A DNA stretch of 44,394 nucleotides from assembly GCA_039798005.1 (NCBI GenBank), contig JBDKGV010000002.1:1-44394 (forward strand), given 5' to 3'. Under the pieces are notes generated by a model, which worked only from the letters and a program-made list of their open reading frames with translations, did no database searches and was not told the origin of the DNA. Source of the stretch: Fibrobacterota bacterium. GTDB taxonomy: Bacteria; Fibrobacterota; Fibrobacteria; UBA5070. Of this stretch, positions 1 to 8,866 are shown in pieces. Numbering within the stretch: position 1 is the stretch's first letter; each line of letters opens with the position of its first letter. The position numbers were made by a program, and so were the translations under genes.

Positions 1-722
1 AAGGTACGAAATGTTGCTTCCAAGTGAAATGCCAGCATTTCAGCACTTGGCAACGCTTCCCAGGGCCGCTCATCGCGCACATCCTTGCCCGTGATCCACG
101 CTTCCAACTTGTCACCTGCTGGCCCCAAGCGGATGGCTCCATGCTGCAAAAGGGCATGAGCGGTCAAGCGTCGCGCCGACCCGACCCACTTCTTGCCGTG
201 CCATGTCAGCTCATGTCGCGAAGTGGAAGCAAAGCAGGGGGCCGCTCCAACCCCGAGGGGATCTCGGCCAAGTTTCCCGCGCTCCAGCGCCAAACCTTCG
301 ATTCCAGCGGCCTGCGCCCCTTCCAGGAGCCAAGTGCCGAAAAGCTCTTCCGGCCCGCGTTCGCCGCCGCGAAAAAGCGGATGCGCAATCGGAAACAGTA
401 CAGAATAGGTGAGTTCCTGTTCGTGCCACACCGCCCGCCCGCCGGTCGGTCGCTTCACGATGGCTCCGGGCCCCATCGGATCCTGCCCCGGTGCGGTCTG
501 CCACGCCTCGAAACGCGGCCCCAGCGCCACCTCCAGCGTCTGGCTCTTGCCCAAGGTGAGCGTGGGCACATCCCAGGTGTACAGGCGCAAAAGCGGAAGG
601 GCCGCCTCGCCGGTCTCGCCGGAGCGCAGGGCCGCCTCCATCGCAAGCAATTGCGCCTCCTCGTGGCGCATGTGGCGCTCACCCGAGGCGCAGTGGAGTG
701 GCTCGAAGCGAAAATCGTGCAT
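1..722 (-). CDS. Lipoate-protein ligase A / octanoyltransferase (LipM-like) family protein, runs off the window edge
   Basis: Not in the ORF track because it has no stop in the window. Manual translation from ATG 722 gives MHDFRFEPL...LRLYTWDVPTLTLGKSQ...VKRPTGGRAVWHEQELTYSV...PCFASTSRHELTWHGKKWVGSARR...LLQHGAI, which are typical BPL/LplA/LipM motifs. Confidence 0.88.
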   Translation of the reverse strand, partial: MHDFRFEPLHCASGERHMRHEEAQLLAMEAALRSGETGEAALPLLRLYTWDVPTLTLGKSQTLEVALGPRFEAWQTAPGQDPMGPGAIVKRPTGGRAVWHEQELTYSVLFPIAHPLFRGGERGPEELFGTWLLEGAQAAGIEGLALERGKLGRDPLGVGAAPCFASTSRHELTWHGKKWVGSARRLTAHALLQHGAIRLGPAGDKLEAWITGKDVRDERPWEALPSAEMLAFHLEATFRT

Positions 723-869
723 CCGGCCAAGATACTCCGATCCGACCGCAGCAGGGTTGCACTTCGGGGCAAGGGCGCCGGGCGTGAGTCATCCGCGTTT
801 TGTGGATCGACCAAAAGCGCGCCCTGTGAACCGCAATCGCCACCGAACAATCCACCCTATGCTTGAACC

Positions 870-2408
870 ATGAACAAGTCGTCCGCCCTGCGCATTCTTG
901 GTCTCCTGCTGGTTCCGACGATCGGGTTTGCCGACAACCCCATCGTCCAGACCTACTACACTCCAGACCCGGCACCGATGGTCTGGAAGGACACCATGTT
1001 CGTGTACACCGGGCACGACGAGGATGTCACGGTGAGCAATTTCTTCACCATGAACGACTGGAGAGTCTACTCCACCACCGACATGGTGAACTGGCGGGAT
1101 CGAGGCTCGCCATTGTCCTACAAGACCTTCAACTGGTCGGGTGGCAAGGCTTGGGCGGCACAATGCATCCCCCGCAACGGGAAGTTCTACTGGTACGTCA
1201 CCGCGGGGATCGGCACCGGTTCGCAGCCCGCCATCGGCGTGGCCGTCTCCGACCATCCCACCGGGCCCTTCAAGGATCCCCTCGGGAAACCGTTGGTCAC
1301 CAAATCGTGGGACGACATCGATCCCACCGTGTTCATCGACACCGACGGGCAGGCCTATCTCTTTTGGGGCAACCCGAAGCTGTACTGGGTCAAGCTCAAC
1401 GCCGACATGACATCCTTCTCCGGCAGCGTGAACACGACCAACATGACCACGGCGCAATTCGGCACGCGCTCCAACGATGCGGCTCGCGCCACCCTCTACG
1501 AGGAAGGTCCGTGGTTCTTCAAGCGCGGCTCTCTCTACTACATGGGATATGCCTCCGGCCCTTTGCCCGAACCCATCGGCTATTCCACTTCAAACAGCCC
1601 CACGGGCCCTTGGACTTACCGCGGAGAAATCATGTCGGGTGCCAACACCGGCAGCTTCACCAACCACTCGGGTATCGTCGAATTCAAGGGCAAGGGCTAC
1701 TTCTTCTACCACACCGGCAAGCTCCCCGGTGGCGGCGGGTACAAGCGATCGACCGCGGTGGAGGAATTCTCCTTCAATGCCGACGGGACCATCCCCAAGA
1801 TCTCCATGACCACCGCAGGCCCAAAGCCCGTGGACAGCTTGGACCCCTACATCCGACAGGAAGGCGAGACGATGGCGTTCTCAAGTGGACTCAAGACGAC
1901 AGGAAACGACCAGTCCGGAGTGCACGTCAACTCCATCAACAACAACGACTACATCAAGCTGCGCGCCGTGGATTTCACCTCCGCCGGTGCGAAGAGCTTC
2001 ACGGCAAGCGTCGGAGCCAACGCCTCGGGCGGATCCATCGAGCTGCGCCTTGATTCACAGACCGGAAAGCTGATCGGAACCTTGCCCGTGAACGGCACGG
2101 GCAGCATGACCACTTGGAAGTCCTTGACCACAACCGTTTCAGGGGCCACCGGCGTGCACGACTTGTTCCTGGTCTTCAAAGGGGGATCGGGTGACCTTTT
2201 CAATCTCGACTGGTGGAAATTCGATCCGACGATCTCCACCGGTGTGACGCGCTCGCAGCGCCGGAACGATGCCTCGCGATTTGTCGACGTCTACACGCTG
2301 GATGGCCAGAAGATCCGCAGTCAGGTGACGCGAGAAGACGCCGTGCGCGGCTTGAGGCGTGGCGTCTATCTCGCCGGAAACCAGAAGGTCGTGGTCACGG
2401 TGCAATAG
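870..2408 (+). CDS. Secreted GH43 glycoside hydrolase (xylosidase/arabinofuranosidase type) with CBM6 and a short C-terminal sorting-like domain
   Basis: Signal peptide; GH43 motifs TPDPAP, WAAQC, DIDPTVF, YEEGPW, TNHSG; CBM6-like INNNDYIK...GGSIELRLDS...GVHDLFLVFKG...FNLDWWKF; tail VYTLDGQK...GVYL...KVVV. Confidence 0.92.
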   Translation: MNKSSALRILGLLLVPTIGFADNPIVQTYYTPDPAPMVWKDTMFVYTGHDEDVTVSNFFTMNDWRVYSTTDMVNWRDRGSPLSYKTFNWSGGKAWAAQCIPRNGKFYWYVTAGIGTGSQPAIGVAVSDHPTGPFKDPLGKPLVTKSWDDIDPTVFIDTDGQAYLFWGNPKLYWVKLNADMTSFSGSVNTTNMTTAQFGTRSNDAARATLYEEGPWFFKRGSLYYMGYASGPLPEPIGYSTSNSPTGPWTYRGEIMSGANTGSFTNHSGIVEFKGKGYFFYHTGKLPGGGGYKRSTAVEEFSFNADGTIPKISMTTAGPKPVDSLDPYIRQEGETMAFSSGLKTTGNDQSGVHVNSINNNDYIKLRAVDFTSAGAKSFTASVGANASGGSIELRLDSQTGKLIGTLPVNGTGSMTTWKSLTTTVSGATGVHDLFLVFKGGSGDLFNLDWWKFDPTISTGVTRSQRRNDASRFVDVYTLDGQKIRSQVTREDAVRGLRRGVYLAGNQKVVVTVQ

Positions 2409-2435
2409 CCGGCCGCTATTTCCTAAGTTGTCTTG

Positions 2436-3233
2436 ATGGATCGCATTGTTCGCTGGATTGACGGCACAGACCAATTGAGAGCTTCCCTGATCGAAGCGGG
2501 GGACCTTGAAGCCCACCTGCGCACCCTCCACGGATTGGGCCCGGACGACATCCAGCCCTTCGGACAGACCGTGCTGGGCACTCTCCTTTTTGCCCAGGAC
2601 CTCAAGTCCCATCAGACCTTGTCCGCGGTGATCGAGCACGCCGGCCGTTCCTGGCATTGCGACGCCACAGCCGAAGGCTTTGCGCGCGCCATGCTTTCGG
2701 GCAGCAAATGGGATGGCCAAGGCACCCGTGTCACCATCCGCCGGTTTGGTCAGCAAGGCCTGATCTATCAAAGCGTGGTGGAAAGCGTCGAGTCCACGCC
2801 GCTGCTTGCGCTGCGCGAGTACCTGGAGGTGTCCGAGCAGTCGCCCGCCCACATGTCCTGCTACATCGACACGACAACCAAGCGTGCCGAGGCATTTCTC
2901 CTGCGTGGTTTCCCCGACACTCCCGTGGACATGCTGGGCAAGGCGCTCGTTGCGCTTGATGCCTTGAACCCCTCCACGCCCATCAAGGACCTGCTCAATG
3001 TCGCATGTCCCGGACGCTGGGACATCTTGACCCAAGTGGATGTGCGCCATCACTGCCCTTGTTCGCGTGAACGGGCCGGGGCCTCGCTGGCCACCTTGGG
3101 GTCCGCCGAGCTTGAGGAAGCCGCGGCGCAGGATGGACAGCTTGGCATCACTTGCGAATTCTGCAAGACCCACTACAGTTTCGAGGCTTCCGAGCTCTTG
3201 GAGCTCAGTGCCCGCCTGCGACCTGCCCCGTAA
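2436..3233 (+). CDS. hslO: Hsp33 redox-regulated chaperone
   Basis: C-terminal zinc centre CPCSRER...CEFCKTHY, plus YLEVSEQ and YQSVV motifs; ATG at 2436. Confidence 0.88.
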   Translation: MDRIVRWIDGTDQLRASLIEAGDLEAHLRTLHGLGPDDIQPFGQTVLGTLLFAQDLKSHQTLSAVIEHAGRSWHCDATAEGFARAMLSGSKWDGQGTRVTIRRFGQQGLIYQSVVESVESTPLLALREYLEVSEQSPAHMSCYIDTTTKRAEAFLLRGFPDTPVDMLGKALVALDALNPSTPIKDLLNVACPGRWDILTQVDVRHHCPCSRERAGASLATLGSAELEEAAAQDGQLGITCEFCKTHYSFEASELLELSARLRPAP

Positions 3234-3250
3234 TTTCCATATTGTTATCA

Positions 3251-3844
3251 ATGCAACTTCCCGCGACCGACACTCTGCTTCAATTGGCGACCGGCCTGTC
3301 CCTGTACTGGGTCTTTCCGGGCTGGTTGATTCAATCCGAATTGGAACATGCCGGGGTCCCCAAGCGCAACGCTCCCGGCTCCACCGCATTCTTGGCGGGT
3401 CAGGCGACGGCTCTGATGGGCGGCATGGCCTTGGCCGGACTGCTGGGGCTTTCGATCTCCACATGGACGCAGACCCTTCATCTGCATTTTGCCTTGCTTG
3501 GACTTCTGGGTCTTTTGGTCTTGGCGCAATCCGCATGGATCGCGTTGGGAATGGCGCTGCACGACACCCATGAAGTCATACAGAAGCTGTCCTTCGAAAG
3601 TGGCCGCGACTTGGTCTTGAGGCATCTCCTGCCCTTGTTCCTTGCCTTCGGATTGCTGGTGCCCATGCAATCCTCGCGCGTGGTTCGCATGGAACTGATG
3701 GGGATCCTGATGGGATGGGCGACGACCAATGCCCTGTGGGGGATGCCTTTGGGCAATTTTGGCGCACACCTCCGCCGCACGCTTTCCATCCTTGCCCTGA
3801 TCGCCGGATTCTACCTGCTCTGGAAGGGCTGGCAGGTCCGGTAA
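3251..3844 (+). CDS. Hypothetical multi-pass membrane protein
   Basis: ATG 3251 lies just after the hslO stop; about 5-6 hydrophobic segments; no family recognised. Confidence 0.65.
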   Translation: MQLPATDTLLQLATGLSLYWVFPGWLIQSELEHAGVPKRNAPGSTAFLAGQATALMGGMALAGLLGLSISTWTQTLHLHFALLGLLGLLVLAQSAWIALGMALHDTHEVIQKLSFESGRDLVLRHLLPLFLAFGLLVPMQSSRVVRMELMGILMGWATTNALWGMPLGNFGAHLRRTLSILALIAGFYLLWKGWQVR

Positions 3845-3850
3845 GGGCTC

Positions 3851-4822
3851 TTACAGCATCTCCTCGCCATCGGGATAGAAGGCCCGCACGTTGCCGTTGG
3901 GCAGGAATTCGACGGCACCAAGGCGTGCGCCGTAGGCTTGGCCGATGCCCACATCGATGCACAGGAGCCGTCCGTTGACCTTGCTCACCACGCGGCCGGT
4001 GCGCCTGGGGTCGTGCAGGTAGGTGGGCGTATGACCCACGACCATGCGATCGCAGTTGTAAGTGTTGAGCACCTCGTCCAATTCCAAGCGCAAGGCATCT
4101 TCCTGCTTGCGATGCCCGATGCGGTACCAGTGGGGGCCGTCCTCGGCAAGCGCCGCATGCTTGGGGTTGAGATCGAAATAGGTGCCGTGTCGTGAGAGCT
4201 CTTCACGAATCGAGCTGTTGAGGTCGGGCAAGGTGGCGGTCGCCCATTTCGGATGCAATCCGCCGTGGACGAACAGGGTCTTTCCTGCCACGAACACGCT
4301 GTTGCGCTGACAGAGCCAACGTCCGACCATGCCCGACGGAGACATCGCACGACGCAACTCGATCCAGCCCAGCGGCTCGGCATGGAGCTGGGAAAGGTCC
4401 AGCGGACTGTCGGACGGATTGGGGGCCGGCAGGTCTTCATAGGCTTCCCGCAGCATCTGATCGAAGCTCCAAGCCGTGCTGGGCGCGAAATCTTGATATT
4501 CCTGCAGCGTGGTGTAGTTGTGGATGTCGTGCATCGACAAGGCTTCGTGGTTGCCAAGCAGCAGTTCAAGGCGTCCACCAGCCTGCAGCGCCTGCCGCGC
4601 GAGCCTGCGGATCGCCCCGTAGATGCGCCGTGGATTGCCTCCGCGCCCCACGATATCTCCGTTCATCACAAGGACGGTGTCACCTCCCACCCAGTCGCCG
4701 CTGGAGTTGACCAGCGCCGCCATGCGCAGAAGCTGACGAAAGCCCGCTTCGTTGCCGTGGATGTCGCCAATGGCCACAACGCGGCCTTTGGGAGAAATGC
4801 GAGAGATTTCTGAAGTAGTCAT
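3851..4822 (-). CDS. Calcineurin-like metallophosphoesterase (Shewanella-like phosphatase type)
   Basis: GDIHG, GDIVGRG, LLGNHE, FVHGG, MVVGHTP and IDVG motifs. Confidence 0.88.
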   Translation of the reverse strand: MTTSEISRISPKGRVVAIGDIHGNEAGFRQLLRMAALVNSSGDWVGGDTVLVMNGDIVGRGGNPRRIYGAIRRLARQALQAGGRLELLLGNHEALSMHDIHNYTTLQEYQDFAPSTAWSFDQMLREAYEDLPAPNPSDSPLDLSQLHAEPLGWIELRRAMSPSGMVGRWLCQRNSVFVAGKTLFVHGGLHPKWATATLPDLNSSIREELSRHGTYFDLNPKHAALAEDGPHWYRIGHRKQEDALRLELDEVLNTYNCDRMVVGHTPTYLHDPRRTGRVVSKVNGRLLCIDVGIGQAYGARLGAVEFLPNGNVRAFYPDGEEML

Positions 4823-4867
4823 CACTCACAGTGTGCCATATTCCCGACGCAGATGCAATTTTCGCGC

Positions 4868-6202
4868 ATGTCCGTCGTGTGGAATAATCAAGATCTCGTC
4901 CCGGCCCTGCGGGAAGCCCTCGGGTACATCTCGCGCTATCGCGGGGAAACCTTCGTCATCAAGCTGGAAAGCGGTCTTCTTGAAGACTCCATCTTTCCCT
5001 CGCTTGCCCGCGACGTGGCGCTTTTGCACAGCATGGGCGTGCGCATCGTGGTGGTCCCCGGTTCGCGCCGCCAGATCGACCGTGTGCTCACGGCCTACGG
5101 GGTCAAGACCCGGATCGTGGACGAGACGCGCATCACCAGCGAGGAATCGCTGCCGCTGGTGAACCTCGCGGCCTTCGACGTGTGCAACCGCTTGATGACC
5201 GCCTTTGCCGAATCGGGCCTGAACGCCCTGATCGGCAACTGGGTGAAGGCCCGTGCCGTGGGCGTGCTGGGTGGTGTCGATTATCAGCACACCGGGCTTG
5301 TGCAGGGCCTGCGGACGGACACCTTGCGCGAACTGCTGGAGCGGGATTTCATCCCCATTTTGCCCAACATCGGCTGGAGCAACAGCGGCAAGCCCTACAA
5401 CATCAGCTCCACCCAGCTTGCCATGGAAGTGGCCGCCCAACTGGGCGCCGCCAAGCTCTTCTTCCTGTGCGACGAGAAGCCCGTCTCGGCGGAAGGCTTG
5501 GAGCTGCCCTCCGAGGTGGAGGTGCGGGAGGACGGCATGCTCTCTCGCCTATCCCTCTCCCAAGTGCAAGAGCTCCTGGAAAAGAACCCCGACAGCCTGC
5601 GCCAGCCGCAGCGCGACTACTTCCGCCGTTCGCTGGACGCCTGCCGTCGCGGGGTGCGCCGCGCCCACATCGTGGATGGCAACCTGGAAGGCGCCCTGCT
5701 CCGGGAAGTGTTCAGCCGGGACGGCTTGGGCACCATGATCTACGTGAGCGAGCACGAGAACATCCGCCGGGCACGCCCCGAGGACGTGGCCGACATGCTG
5801 CGCATCATGGAGCCCTACGTGGCCAAGGGGATCCTGGTGCCGCGCAACGCCGCCTTCGTGCAGGAGCGCATCGAGGACTATGTCGTGTACGACGTGGATG
5901 GCTTCGTGCAAGGTTGCGCGGCCCTGCACACATGGTCGGGCAACTCCGCCGAGATCGCCGCCGTGGCGGTGGCTGAAGGCACGCGTCGCAGCGGGGTCGG
6001 GCGCCGTCTGGTCCAGTTCTTGATGAGCCGAGCCCGCCAGAACGCCGTGGAAAAGCTCTTCCTGCTCACCACCCAGACCAGCGACTGGTTCGCGGAGCTG
6101 GGTTTCGTGCGTGGCACTGTGGCCGACCTCCCCACCGAGAAGCAGGAAGCCTACAACGAGAAACGCGGCAGCCAGGTCTTCGTACACCAAGGAGCGCTCT
6201 GA
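4868..6202 (+). CDS. argA: Amino-acid N-acetyltransferase (N-acetylglutamate synthase), kinase-like plus GNAT domains
   Basis: REALGYISRYRGETFVIK, GVDYQHTG, EVFSRDGLGTMI, GNAT AEIAAVAV...GVGRRL, LLTTQTSDWF. Start is 4868 or 4853. Confidence 0.92.
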   Translation: MSVVWNNQDLVPALREALGYISRYRGETFVIKLESGLLEDSIFPSLARDVALLHSMGVRIVVVPGSRRQIDRVLTAYGVKTRIVDETRITSEESLPLVNLAAFDVCNRLMTAFAESGLNALIGNWVKARAVGVLGGVDYQHTGLVQGLRTDTLRELLERDFIPILPNIGWSNSGKPYNISSTQLAMEVAAQLGAAKLFFLCDEKPVSAEGLELPSEVEVREDGMLSRLSLSQVQELLEKNPDSLRQPQRDYFRRSLDACRRGVRRAHIVDGNLEGALLREVFSRDGLGTMIYVSEHENIRRARPEDVADMLRIMEPYVAKGILVPRNAAFVQERIEDYVVYDVDGFVQGCAALHTWSGNSAEIAAVAVAEGTRRSGVGRRLVQFLMSRARQNAVEKLFLLTTQTSDWFAELGFVRGTVADLPTEKQEAYNEKRGSQVFVHQGAL

Positions 6203-6221
6203 GGGATCCTCGCCGGAGGAA

Positions 6222-7916
6222 TCAGCGCCCTTCCCAGACGCGTCCTTGGTCGTCTTGGGCCAGCAGATGCCCTGCCACCACTTGAAGCCGGACCAGGTTC
6301 AGACCTTGGCGCAGGCTCCAGCCGGAGGCCTCGCGGACCCACAGGCGGCCCGAGGAAAGGACTGCCGGCGCTCCATTCCAGAGGACGGCGCGGGTCATGC
6401 CCGTCGAGCCGTTCCAGAGGCCGAGGTCCCGTGTCGCCTGGCCGGTCCAAGGGCGTTGCAGCAGGTGAAGTCCACCGCCATCGGTGAGAAGTCCCGAATC
6501 GCACAGGCCAAGCAAACGGCCTGACAGATTCTGTCTTTGCCAGTCCTTCCCGTCCCGGCTCCAGACCAAACGGGGCGAAGAACCTCCGGAGAGCACGACC
6601 CGCAACGAGTCCCCGTCCACCTGCACGGATTCCGTCGAGGTGGCCGACACTGGCCAGAGACTGTCCTCAAGGACGCGTGCCGAATCCCAACGCAAGCCAT
6701 CCCGGCTTTGCAGGGAGTACACTCCGTCGCCGAGCAGGCTGTGTCCGAAGGCCCACAGGCTCCCGGCTCCGAATCCGGTGACCCATCGGATCTCCTGCCC
6801 GCTGCGCCAACGCGGCAAGGCAAGATGCATGGTGTCCCAAGCCAATCCGTCGGACGAACTGCGCAGGCCCACGCGCACCGAGTCCTCACCCGCGACCACC
6901 CGAGCCACCGCCATCCGGCCAGCCACCTCGCCAAGCGTCCCGACGCTGGTACGGACGGATTCCGTCCAACGCAAGGAATCCAGGTGCAGGAGCCATAGCG
7001 GGACCGAGGTTCCCGTAACGGTCTCGATCCAACTTCCGACAAGGCCTTGTGCGCCCCGGGAGCGCACCTGCACCCGGTAGCGGTAGCGCCGGATCTCAAG
7101 CCGTCCGGCGACGGTGGTGTCCCGCCATGTCGTGTCGGTGGTCGCAGCCAAGGGTTTGGCGCTGTACTCGAGACTCCCGGCCGTGTCCCGGAAGATCTCG
7201 TAGTCGAGAAGCTGTCCGTAGCGCACCTTGGGCCAGGTCAGGAGAAGATCGCCGGTGGCCGGATCGTTCTTGACCCCAAGCCCTTGCACCACCGGAATGC
7301 CGGTGAAGATCATCCGCACCGTGTCGCGCATGAGTGATTGCGTTCCGGGAACGGTCCGTGCCGTGTCGTAGGTCGTCGTGTAGGCCGCATCCGTGGTCGT
7401 GAAGCGCAGGCGCAGGCGCCCGGCCCCCAATCCGACCAGCTGGAATCTGCCGTCGTGCCCCACATTGGCCCAGATCTCGGTGCCCAGGACATTCACGGTC
7501 ACGCGGGCCGGATCGTCCTGGGGTTCGACCTTCACGATGCCGCCAAGGGTCGCGGAGGGCTCCAGCGTGTCGGAACGCGTCCAGAGCAGCTTGCCCCCGA
7601 CCACCGCGAGGGAGTCCACCAGGAGTGCAAGGCTTCCCTTGGAGACCGTGACGGTGTAGATGCCGTCCGGGACCACAGGCAGCACCGGCGCGCCTTGGGC
7701 ATCCACGCTTCCCGTTCCCGCCGCCGCCACCGCATCGCGAGGCGTCATTTGCACCAAGGCGCCGTAGGCGGGTGTCGAGCCGTCGGGCATGTACACACGG
7801 GCCAGGCTTTCCGTGTGCGTCTCGTCGTTGGTTCCGGCCACGCTGCCGGCACCGTCCTGGCAGCCCCAGAGGATGCCCAGCGCCGGAAGGATGGACAGGA
7901 TCTGTCGCCACTTCAT
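6222..7916 (-). CDS. Large lipoprotein of unknown function (carboxypeptidase-regulatory-like/Ig-like, FN3-like and possible beta-propeller regions)
   Basis: Lipobox ILWG-C followed by AGTNDET; beta-rich; start overlaps the TIGR02147 stop (ATGA). Confidence 0.8.
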   Translation of the reverse strand: MKWRQILSILPALGILWGCQDGAGSVAGTNDETHTESLARVYMPDGSTPAYGALVQMTPRDAVAAAGTGSVDAQGAPVLPVVPDGIYTVTVSKGSLALLVDSLAVVGGKLLWTRSDTLEPSATLGGIVKVEPQDDPARVTVNVLGTEIWANVGHDGRFQLVGLGAGRLRLRFTTTDAAYTTTYDTARTVPGTQSLMRDTVRMIFTGIPVVQGLGVKNDPATGDLLLTWPKVRYGQLLDYEIFRDTAGSLEYSAKPLAATTDTTWRDTTVAGRLEIRRYRYRVQVRSRGAQGLVGSWIETVTGTSVPLWLLHLDSLRWTESVRTSVGTLGEVAGRMAVARVVAGEDSVRVGLRSSSDGLAWDTMHLALPRWRSGQEIRWVTGFGAGSLWAFGHSLLGDGVYSLQSRDGLRWDSARVLEDSLWPVSATSTESVQVDGDSLRVVLSGGSSPRLVWSRDGKDWQRQNLSGRLLGLCDSGLLTDGGGLHLLQRPWTGQATRDLGLWNGSTGMTRAVLWNGAPAVLSSGRLWVREASGWSLRQGLNLVRLQVVAGHLLAQDDQGRVWEGR

Positions 7917-8764
7917 TGTTCTTCTCCCTTGGAGCGGTCCGAGCGGGTCAGCGGCACCACCGAGAGGGTGACCAGATGGACGCGGGTGGCAGGGTTGGGA
8001 TCCTTGTGGACGATGGAGCGAAGTTCCGAACGGAAGGTTTCCAACCGCTTGCGCACCTGGGACAGCCCTTCCTCCGAAACCGAGATCGTGTTGGTCGCCA
8101 CCACCTGGCCTTCACCGGTGGATGGCTTGATCGCGGCGTTCTGCACCAGCTTGAGCTGCTGACCTTGGAGTTGGCGCACCAGGTCGCCTTGTGCCCCTTC
8201 GCCGGAGGTGAGCGTGTGGTCGGTCGGTTTCCAGAAGCCAAGCCCGTTCTGGGCGACCAGGCCAAGCTCGGCAAGCAGGTGCAGGGAATCCTTGGCCTGC
8301 CCTTCGGTGATGGCCGGTGCAAGCAAGGCCGCGACCTTGTGGGGCTCGTCGCCAAGATCGTGGATCGCAAGCAGCGCCCGGATGGCGCCGTTCCACCAAT
8401 GCCGGTAGTAGCGGTAGTGTCCCGGATCGATCACGGTGCGCGGGGTCTTGTTCAGGCTGACCAGCTGATCGAAGGCGAGTTCGCGCTCGTCGATCGACTT
8501 GGCCTGGTTGAAACGCACCAGAACGCGGAAGAAGCGCGCTTCCTCGGCGCTCAATTCCAAGGCCACGGCGAAGCGGTCGAGGAAGGTCGGGGAGACGTCC
8601 TTTCCAGCCAGCACGTCGGGGAGATAGCTGCGCGTGTTGGGCAGTCCCAGCCGTCGATGGAACTCGCTGCGGGTGAACCGTGCGTCCTCGGCTTGACGCT
8701 CGTTGAGCCAGTCGGTGAGGAACTTGCGGAAATCCGTATATCCGTAGAGCGAAGGATGACTCAT
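7913..8764 (-). CDS. TIGR02147 family protein (putative HTH-containing, Fibrobacter/Bdellovibrio-expanded family)
   Basis: YTDFRKFLTDW...FTRSEFHRRLGL...YLPDVLAGK...FFRVLVRFNQAK...YYRHWWNGAIRALL...ITEGQAKDSLHLLAELGL match the family pattern as I know it. Confidence 0.85.
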   Translation of the reverse strand: MSHPSLYGYTDFRKFLTDWLNERQAEDARFTRSEFHRRLGLPNTRSYLPDVLAGKDVSPTFLDRFAVALELSAEEARFFRVLVRFNQAKSIDERELAFDQLVSLNKTPRTVIDPGHYRYYRHWWNGAIRALLAIHDLGDEPHKVAALLAPAITEGQAKDSLHLLAELGLVAQNGLGFWKPTDHTLTSGEGAQGDLVRQLQGQQLKLVQNAAIKPSTGEGQVVATNTISVSEEGLSQVRKRLETFRSELRSIVHKDPNPATRVHLVTLSVVPLTRSDRSKGEEQ

Positions 8765-8866
8765 GCATTGGAAGGTAAGGCCTTGCACGGGTCCTCACAA
8801 TACTCCGCCTGGGCCTATTCCATAGAACACGGGGCCGACCTACCTTTGCAACACGAAAGGAATCTC

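Noticed and set aside
24-866. 280-aa plus-strand ORF
   Set aside because: Shadow of the minus-strand lipoate ligase gene; Arg/Pro-rich with no motifs.
7772-8866. N-terminal part of the 865-aa ORF
   Set aside because: Antisense to TIGR02147 and the lipoprotein start; the real gene probably starts at GTG 8867 with an RBS and signal peptide.
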